From Octopus bimaculoides (Eukaryota): DNA of 61,150 nt. Both the position numbers and the translations under genes were made by a program. Within the stretch, counting starts at the first letter, position 1. Each line of letters opens with the position of its first letter. The notes under the pieces were generated by a model. The model was not told the origin of the DNA. It searched no databases and saw only the letters and a list, made by a program, of their open reading frames with translations. This document shows, piece after piece, positions 51,996 through 61,150 of the stretch. The stretch is taken from positions 46,422,132 through 46,483,281 of the forward strand of contig NC_068988.1 of assembly GCF_001194135.2 (NCBI RefSeq), in the 5' to 3' direction.

Positions 51996-52559
51996 ACTCT
52001 CTGTCTAAACAAAGCTGCTGGCTTTGTTTATACTTTCGGTGAACTAACTGTTAGCTGACCAGCGTTATATACCTGCATCCGATAGACGTATTAAGAATAA
52101 ATGTGCAAATATTCGTAATATATACCTACACGTGTGTGTGTGCGTGCGTGATATCTATCTATCCATCTGTATGTATGTATGTATGTATAATATGACTGAT
52201 GCTCTAAACAGCATGTACTAGAAAATGCGATATGTACACAAGGTAAATCGTCTGATAAATGAATAAAAAATCTGTTTATGACAATCCCTTGTTTCTATTT
52301 CCAGTTGTTTAGATAAGACATTTGTTTACGTCTAGTAATGAGCATTTTATGATGCATTGTAGCTTTGGTTGTTTAATGTAATGTATACCTTATTTTATAT
52401 ATTTTTCACACAGGCACACAAACATTATCACTTTGTCCTGCATCACGCACAAATACACACATACGAGGCTATACAGAAATAAATAGGAGATGGACATGCT
52501 TTACCATTAACCTAGGTCGTTCAAATTGAACACGTTAGTAAAGTTACTGCTACTTCATA

Positions 52560-53350
52560 TACAGTTACTACCCAACATTGTCGCTATCACAAGCGATGCA
52601 TCTACGCCATCGCTGAACCGAACGCTCGAATCACTTTCAAAAACTTCAGGTATGCATAATTATATTTGCAATTTCTTCACAGTGAATTCCACCTTGTCTC
52701 TGTTATCAAATTGTTTTTCACTAGTCTGAGTAGGTTGACGTTAGAAGGCAAGATCCGAGCTGTACAGTAGATAGAGGAAGTACTGACCAACTCAGTTTAC
52801 CAATTGCCTGATTTATTGTTTAAGATGTGGGTGGTCACGTATTGCCATGTTGAGTATGGATTGTTTCCAGTCTCGTGTTCGGTTATTTCTTCTTAATGGC
52901 TTTTCTAAGCCTTTTGAGTGCTTTAGTCTACCCGTTCGCTGGTCACAGTACAGTCACGTTTCAGAAAGTCAAAGAGAATTGTTCTTATCATCCCAGTCAA
53001 CAGTTACCAAGGCCTTAAAAGTTCAAAATCTATCAATGTTGATCGACATAGAAAGTTTTATTATTCTTAAGCCTTGGAGAAACGCAGTAACGTTATTTCA
53101 TGGACCGAGCTTTCGTTTCTGGATCATAAATCGGAAGATAGTTACCTGTCATCATTGGTTTTAAACACTTCCGGTATATTAGAGCTGACTTCTACCCTTC
53201 TCTCCTTCAAATGCAGTCTACTCCGTTTGTACATATTTTCTCTTCCACCATCTTCTGTAATACATTGTGATTACACTCCAGTCGTGCAGTAAGCTCACGG
53301 AGTGTTAGTCGTCTGCCAGCGCGAATCAGTTTTACCCTTTAACCGGCGAT
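52560..53350 (-). pseudogene. Decayed mariner transposase
   Basis: LIRAGRRLTLREL, YDPETKARSM, ALKRLRKAIKKK, QHGNT*PPTS (HDNARPH-like), IGKLSWSVLP and YSSDLA; many stops. Confidence 0.85.
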
Positions 53351-54566
53351 TTGTGCAAGATGCCTGCAATGAAAAAGAACAGACAGAAAAAGTTACTGCA
53401 GAGGAAAAGTTACTCTACAAATATATGTTGTTTTAACAACCTGTCTTCGTTAATGAATAAATGATGCCCACTTTTTGCATTACTTTTGGTACAACCCACT
53501 TGTGTGTGTGTGTGTGGGGGGGGGTATATGTTATATGTGAAGGAAATAATTTGAGATGATTTATTGTGATGTTCAGTGAATGGAAAAGATATATGAATTA
53601 TATTTTTCGGAATTCTTGTTATTGCTGTTATTATTCTGTAACACCCTATTCAGCAGACGTATAATTAAAGACATTTCAACCAGGACCATCCTGACTTTTC
53701 TCAAATAACGGATAATGTAGATGCATTTCCAACTCCATTATTCAACAAACCTTTTATTATTTTTCTATTCAAAAATAGTAGAATATGAATCTGGAGTGAT
53801 TTGGTTGCTATTTCTAGAGGGTCAATCATCTACGTTGAGATTTTCCTCGTTGGCTCATTGTCATAAGGGATTTATTGTAGTATCTTGGAAGGAAAATGTT
53901 AAGCACTTGTGAATAAGGAAGTAAATAATAATACTGTCAGTGGACATGAAATGGTCAGAGACATGGCTGTGTGGTTAACAGATTCACTTCGGAAGCACAT
54001 GTTGCAAGTTTAATTCCATGGCTGTTTGGCTTTGTTCTTACTGTGTGTTTGTATGAGTGTATACACATAGATGATGCATAATATATTAATAGAAGTATAT
54101 AAACACTGACAAGAAAAATAAAAGCAAAAAGAACAGTGCTTTATAAATGAATCCCTTGCAATATTTGTTCCACATTGAAGTACAAACACTTCTAAATCAC
54201 CTTAGAAATACTGTGAACCAATGATTAGCTTATAGGAACTTATATCTACTGACGTTATCGTTCATTAATTGTGATACGTAAGAAATAATATTGTGGGATC
54301 TTTTTTAAAACGGGGGCCACCATTTTCATTAATGTTTTACGTAGTGCTTTTGGTACCGAAAGACTTCCAAACTTCGTATACTTATCTATTTTGTGTTATA
54401 GAACAGAAAAATATTTTTGTATTTGAATTTATTTCATGTAAAAAATTGTCTTATTTCGATAATTTCAACCAATCACTGACGTCCATTCAGCCGATATACA
54501 TTAAGTGCCGACTACATAAACAAACGATTCTTCGTTTTATTTACTTTTTTCATTTTAAATTTGCTT

Positions 54567-54633
54567 TAACCCTAACCCTAACCCTAACCCTAACTCTAAC
54601 CCTAGGGTTAGGGTTAGGGATAGAGTTAGGGTT
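54567..54633. repeat. Interstitial telomeric palindrome (CCCTAA)n-(TTAGGG)n, running into a gap
   Basis: taaccctaaccctaaccctaaccctaactctaaccct|agggttagggttagggatagagttagggtt; centre at 54603/54604. Confidence 0.9.
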
Positions 54634-56039
54634 NNNNNNNNNNNNNNNNNNNNNNNNNNNNNNNNNNNNNNNNNNNNNNNNNNNNNNNNNNNNNNNNNNN
54701 NNNNNNNNNNNNNNNNNNNNNNNNNNNNNNNNNNNNNNNNNNNNNNNNNNNNNNNNNNNNNNNNNNNNNNNNNNNNNNNNNNNNNNNNNNNNNNNNNNNN
54801 NNNNNNNNNNNNNNNNNNNNNNNNNNNNNNNNNNNNNNNNNNNNNNNNNNNNNNNNNNNNNNNNNNNNNNNNNNNNNNNNNNNNNNNNNNNNNNNNNNNN
54901 NNNNNNNNNNNNNNNNNNNNNNNNNNNNNNNNNNNNNNNNNNNNNNNNNNNNNNNNNNNNNNNNNNNNNNNNNNNNNNNNNNNNNNNNNNNNNNNNNNNN
55001 NNNNNNNNNNNNNNNNNNNNNNNNNNNNNNNNNNNNNNNNNNNNNNNNNNNNNNNNNNNNNNNNNNNNNNNNNNNNNNNNNNNNNNNNNNNNNNNNNNNN
55101 NNNNNNNNNNNNNNNNNNNNNNNNNNNNNNNNNNNNNNNNNNNNNNNNNNNNNNNNNNNNNNNNNNNNNNNNNNNNNNNNNNNNNNNNNNNNNNNNNNNN
55201 NNAATCCAGGATGGTGGATTGGTGAAATTGTTAGAAATTTGGACGGGGTGTCTTTGTGTATCTGTTACACTGGCTCTGTGCACTCTGAGTTCAAATCCCA
55301 GCACTTCATCGAGAAACGTTGACACTGCTGTCAGGAGCTGCAGCTAACGAACAGTATCTGCCATTTTGAAAAAAAAATCAATGGAAACAGATATTTTGAT
55401 TCGCCCGGAAGATTGATAGCTTCCACGATGACAACGACGATGGCCACCACCACCACCACCACCACAAATGCTTCCACTACCACCACGGCTGCAACCACCA
55501 TGGCCACCAGCACCATACGCGTCACCGCCGACGCCGTTGCCTTCGCCACCACAGCCACCACCGTTAACACCACGTAGCAGGTGGAAAATACAAAAACCAG
55601 TTTAGTCAATGCCAGGAGTCATATGTAAAATATAATACTTTCGGTGGGAATGTCAATATACTTGGTATCTCTTTGCGTAGCAAAGCGGTTATTCTAATGA
55701 CACAGTTTTAGATGCAGAAAGAGAGAGAGGAGGGAGAGAGGGGGGAGATAAAAGGAGAGAGAGAGAGGGAGAGGGGGTGTTCTTGTATCTAAAATACACA
55801 TACCATTTATGACTTATCCCATGATTTAACTCCGTCACCTTCGCATACTCACATGGACAACATTTTTCTCCAGTCATTTGATAAAGTATGACGAATCCAA
55901 ATGGATGGATTATACATTGAATACTAATGATTATAAGAGATCATAGCTTGTTGTGCATTTTTTTTTTCCTTCTCTTTCTTGCTCCAAACGACTGCTGACA
56001 GTCTAGTCATGCCACTGGTTCACAGTACCATAATCGCCT

Positions 56040-56073
<34 letters not shown>

Positions 56074-56400
56074 CTGGCAGTCCGTCAGTTACAACGACGA
56101 GGGTTCCATTTGATCCGATCCACAGAACAGTCTGGTTGTGAAATTAGTGAGCAAGTGGTTGTGCATGCCTCAGGCACGCGTATTCTTAACATAATTCTCT
56201 GGGATATTCAGCATGACACAGAATGCAACAAGGCTGTCCGTTTGAAATGCCTGTACTACTCATTTTCGCCAGCTGAGTGGACTGGACTTGTGCAACGTGA
56301 AATAGAGTTTCTTGTTCAAGGACACAACACACCGCCAGATATCGAACTCGCGATTTTACGATCGTGAGCCGAATACTCTAACCTCTTAGTCACACGCCAT
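56074..56400 (-). mobile_element. Diverged SINE related to the 28041 family, flanked by (CTA)n on both sides
   Basis: ctggcagtccgtcagttacaacgacgagggttcc...gatccgatc...atcgaactcgcgattttacgatcgtgagccg. Confidence 0.8.
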
Positions 56401-56437
<37 letters not shown>

Positions 56438-56479
56438 GCCACTGCTACTAAAGTCACCAAATGTCATCAGTAATGCTAG

Positions 56480-57552
56480 TATCCTTTCTACTGGAAGCTC
56501 AAGGCTTCAAATTTTTGGGTAGGGGTTAAGTCGATTACATTGACCCCAGTGTGTAGCTGGTACTTATTTAATTGACCCAGAAGGGATGAAAAGCAAAGTC
56601 GACCTCCGGTGGAATTTGAACTCAGAACGTTGCGCAGACGAAATACTGATAAGCATTTCGTCCGGCGTGCTAACGATTCTGCCAGCTCACCGCCTTAACA
56701 GTATTGTTTGTATCACTACTAATGCCCCATCAGCATCTCTGCTGCTTTTACTTCCGTAGTTATTACCACCGAGAGTCTCTGTCCGACCACTACAAGCACC
56801 TCTATTTTCACTACAACCTCTACTACCACCGATACCATTACTAACTCTAATACTGCCACTAAAACACCATTACAGTCATTAATTCCATTACCATGACGAC
56901 GACGACCACCACCACCATCAATCACCACCAGAGCCGTTTACATCGATATCAGTGCTCCACTGGTACTTATGTCATCGACCCCGAAACGATAAAAGGCAAA
57001 GTCGACCTCGGCGGAATTTGAACTTAGAATGTGAAGACGGACGAAATGTCGCTGAGCATTTTGTCCGGCATGCTAACAATTCTGCCAGTTCGCTGCCTTC
57101 CCATTACCCCTAATAGTCCTTTCTACTATTGGCACAAGGCCTGACATTTTGGAGGAGTAGGGCCAGTTGATTACATCTATCCCAATACTCAATTGGTACT
57201 TATTTTATCAACCCCGGAAAGGATGAAAGGCAAAGTCGACCTCGGTGGCATTTGAACCCCGAACGTAAAGATGGACGAAATGTCGCTAAGCATTTTGACT
57301 GACGTACTAACGATTCTTATTTCTTTACTGCCCACAAGGGGCTACACACAGAGGAGACAAACAAGGACAGACAAGCGGATTAAGTCGATTATATCGACCC
57401 CAGTGCGTAACTGGTACTTATTTAATCAACCCCCGAAAGGATGAAAGGCAAAGTCGACCTCGGCGGAATGTGAACTCAGAACGTAGCGGCAGACGAAATA
57501 CCGCTAAGCATTTCGCTCGGCGCGCTAACGATTCTGCAAGCTCGTTGCCTTT
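56480..57552 (-). mobile_element. Four co-oriented tRNA-head SINE copies (~56480-56697, 56935-57100, 57110-57320, 57320-57552)
   Basis: Each repeats ggtacttattt...aaggcaaagtcgacctcgg...atttgaac...gacgaaat...gctaacgattct. Confidence 0.88.
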
Positions 57553-58173
57553 ATTACCACCACAACATGACTACCATCACTACTACCTGCTACACTACTG
57601 TCACCACTACCACCGCCACCACCACCAACACTGATAACTGCTCCGCAACCACTACGACCACCATACTCACCACAACTACCGTTACTACGACCACCACAAG
57701 CTCGTGTGATTGATGATGACTTTGAAACTGTTATAAGTGAACTCTTTCTTTTGCATCGTTCCAAAACTGCACTATTATCTTGATAGATTGGCCAATTTTC
57801 AAACCGGTGTTTATCCTCCCATCTCACTAACCTTTATATCATACACATTTCCTATACTGCTCTGCTCCGCTCCTTGCAATATCTTATTCTACCAATCCTT
57901 CTTTATTCTGCTGTCAGTCAGCTGCTGTTCAGGCCGCATAGTCAATAGAAAGAAAAACATGTAAAGGTTTAGCAAGATGTCTTTTAAAAGCAGCACTAAA
58001 TAAATAGATTTCTTACATAAGCATAAGAACAAGAAAATCTTGTGTGGAAAATGTGCTAGTAGATTAAACTGATCCCAGTATTTCACTGATGTCTTTATTT
58101 TAACGACACTACCATGATAAGGATGAAAGTTAACCTCAGCGAGATTTCAACAGAGGACGTAAAAATCTGGAAT

Positions 58174-58219
<46 letters not shown>

Positions 58220-58237
58220 TAATAATAATAATAATAA

Positions 58238-58571
58238 ATGCTCGGATGCAGTACCAGGCAGTTGCTCTCATGGCTTCTGATCATAATTGATTGGAGGTGT
58301 TATCATGCACATTGATTTGTCTTGGTATAAAAGATGGGCTACAGCAAATATTCTGCTTAATACCACAGATTTGCTTGTCAGTTGTTTGACCTTAACTAGT
58401 TGAGCATGTCCCTTGGTGGCTGACGATATGTGCATCTCTGATCATGAGCAGAAGTAGTGGAGGAGCATCATAGCCATGTGCTGAGAGAAATTCTTTGGAG
58501 TTTGAATAATTCACCTTTGGAAACATAGGTATTTTGCTCAACATCTTTAAACAAACCTTGTTCAGGGACCT
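58238..58571. mobile_element. Second, inverted copy of the 2481-3036 element; abuts (AAT)n and is truncated by a gap
   Basis: Reverse-complement similarity to 2700-3036. Confidence 0.8.
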
Positions 58572-59899
58572 NNNNNNNNNNNNNNNNNNNNNNNNNNNNN
58601 NNNNNNNNNNNNNNNNNNNNNNNNNNNNNNNNNNNNNNNNNNNNNNNNNNNNNNNNNNNNNNNNNNNNNNNNNNNNNNNNNNNNNNNNNNNNNNNNNNNN
58701 NNNNNNNNNNNNNNNNNNNNNNNNNNNNNNNNNNNNNNNNNNNNNNNNNNNNNNNNNNNNNNNNNNNNNNNNNNNNNNNNNNNNNNNNNNNNNNNNNNNN
58801 NNNNNNNNNNNNNNNNNNNNNNNNNNNNNNNNNNNNNNNNNNNNNNNNNNNNNNNNNNNNNNNNNNNNNNNNNNNNNNNNNNNNNNNNNNNNNNNNNNNN
58901 NNNNNNNNNNNNNNNNNNNNNNNNNNNNNNNNNNNNNNNNNNNNNNNNNNNNNNNNNNNNNNNNNNNNNNNNNNNNNNNNNNNNNNNNNNNNNNNNNNNN
59001 NNNNNNNNNNNNNNNNNNNNNNNNNNNNNNNNNNNNNNNNNNNNNNNNNNNNNNNNNNNNNNNNNNNNNNNNNNNNNNNNNNNNNNNNNNNNNNNNNNNN
59101 NNNNNNNNNNNNNNNNNNNNNNNNNNNNNNNNNNNNNNNNNNNNNNNNNNNNNNNNNNNNNNNNNNNNNNNNNNNNNNNNNNNNNNNNNNNNNNNNNNNN
59201 NNNNNNNNNNNNNNNNNNNNNNNNNNNNNNNNNNNNNNNNNNNNNNNNNNNNNNNNNNNNNNNNNNNNNNNNNNNNNNNATCTAAGTGTATTATAAAAAT
59301 CGACTTTACTTGGTTGAAACTGCACGCATATTGCGTTAAGTACTGTCTGTCTGAGGTCCTTGTTGTGACTTGACAGACAGATCAAACCCCGGTAGACAAT
59401 ATTTTTAATCAACAACTTCACGATATTGGATACTGTGCGACACCTTAAATAATAGCAATTTTTAGATACATACACAAACACACAAGCATATATAAACTCA
59501 CACACACACACTCACACACACACACACACACACAAATTGAAATATAGATACTTTCAACGTATTTATCTATATAGTGTGTTATGTTTAAACATTTTTAAGT
59601 GTTTAAATTCTGCTATATACATTTCAGGTAGACAACGTTTGTTACTCTGAGCATAATATACAGACTCATTTGTGGGACGTATATTCCTAAGATGCAAGCA
59701 TACTGGGAATGGATTATGATGCTTGGTATGAGTTCTAAAGACTGAAATGCGTTAGGGGTGTTTGTACCTAATATTCTTGCTGTGCGTGCAGACAACGTAA
59801 GTCAGCTAAATGAAGATATCCGCTCATGGTAATTCAGATGTAGTTTTTATATATTTTTCATATAAAGGTACTTTCTGTAGTATTTCCGAAGTGCAGATT

Positions 59900-59983
<84 letters not shown>

Positions 59984-60214
59984 GATATAATAAAAAACAG
60001 GGCAAATTTTAGACATTTATCAGCGGACTGAAAAAGAGAAAATTACTAAACAACCTTCAATTTTCAAACCTTACTGGGTTCGCATCAGAGGTATCTACAT
60101 CATTCTGAGAGTTTCCAAAGAAATAAGTAGCCAAACTGTTTATATACTCAACAAATGTAGCAGTTACTCTATGAAGGAGACCCTAATTTGCATACCAAAA
60201 GTGTGTAACATTAT

Positions 60215-60877
60215 AAATACCAGCGGCCTGTCAATGGGGTCTTACGAAAGGGAAAGAGCAGAAAAAGAGAACAGAGCTGGGGAAAACATAAGAAACATAT
60301 TCCAAATCTTTCTATAAATTCGCAAAGGAAACCGTCACGATACAGTATAAAATAGGACCATTGTTCCCAGAAAATGACTCACTGACCGCGGACCCAAGAA
60401 GGATAAGTGAGATACCCAGTGAACAATTCTAAAGTGTTTTCATTTACCTCCTTGGACAAATGCAAATAAAAAAGAACCCGGCAGAATTCTTTAATATTGT
60501 AGCTCTAAAACAGGAGGCGCCAACCATCGACTACATCAACATTGAGGAAACAGATGCAACAGCGACCATAGATGAAATGAGCTCAAGCTATTCTCCTGAA
60601 GTCATGTAAGCAGGCTTTAGCGAAACCACTTCAAATATCTTTCTAAAGTTTTCTTGCAAGTGGTAAACTTCCTAAGACGCTAAAAGAAGGCATTATATGC
60701 CCTATCCACAAAGGTGGAAGCAGAGCAGAGGCCAAAACTACAGGCCAATCTCTCTGACTTCACATGTCAGTAAAGTCATGGAGCGAATCATCAGAAAGAA
60801 GTTGATAATGTTCCTAGAAGAAAATAACCTACTGAACAATACACAGCATAGCTTCCGTCCAGGAAAAAGCTGCCCAG
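60215..60877 (+). pseudogene. CR1/L2-group LINE ORF2 fragment (linker and start of RT)
   Basis: FYKFAK...KIGPL...SEQF*SVF, then IICPIHKGGSRAEAK / NYRPISLTSHVSKVMERIIRKKLIMFLEENNLLNNTQHSFRPGKSC with a 1-nt frameshift. Confidence 0.9.
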
Positions 60878-61116
60878 AAAGAAAAAGGGAGAGAGAGAGA
60901 CAGGGACAGACAGAAAACAGTGAAGGAGGGAGGGGAGAGAAAGGGAGTTAGAAAAGGTCAGAGGAAGAAAACACTATAGAATAGAGTTGCATCAAAAAGG
61001 TGAAGATAAACTTACTTGGGAATGATGCGTGGCGTTCAATTGAATTATAAATAATAAATAATATATAGTATATAGTATATATATATATGCGTGTATATAT
61101 ATATATATATATATGC

Positions 61117-61150
<34 letters not shown>

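Noticed and set aside
54567-54633. Ancestral telomere-telomere fusion site
   Set aside because: Repeat orientation is opposite to a fusion signature.
55790-55910. Possible mariner fragment on the minus strand (MTGEK resembling VTGDEKW)
   Set aside because: Too short and degenerate to support.
59280-59460. Possible Tc1-like N-terminal fragment on the minus strand
   Set aside because: Only vague similarity and truncated by a gap.

Overview
AT-rich, microsatellite-dense eukaryotic genomic DNA with many N gaps. The repeat content (tRNA-head SINE families, RTE-type (TGA)n tails, extreme (TA)n/(CA)n density) looks like an Octopus/coleoid cephalopod scaffold; this is inference, not confirmed. No intact, recognisable protein-coding gene is visible, and almost every ORF in the track is a microsatellite translation. 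Supported content: about 25 SINE copies (several with exact TSDs); MITEs of three superfamilies (mariner TA, hAT 8-bp TSD, piggyBac TTAA); two decayed mariner transposases; a ~2.7-kb hAT-like transposon with long TIRs and a decayed DDE transposase; a CR1/L2-type LINE fragment; three decayed Penelope-like retroelement (PLE) copies, found by manual translation across frameshifts; and a Helitron/Helentron-like element. Most interesting: (i) small microsatellite-embedded elements carrying minimal hammerhead-ribozyme motifs, lying among the PLE remnants (a possible retrozyme-like parasite family); (ii) an 11-unit 42-bp tandem array born from one SINE segment; (iii) a GC-rich poly(A)-ended pseudo-ORF island of unknown origin; (iv) a ~880-bp fold-back element inserted in (TA)n; (v) a (CCCTAA)n(TTAGGG)n palindrome. 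A possible multi-exon minus-strand host gene (971-16766) is only weakly supported. All alignments, translations and folds were done by eye.
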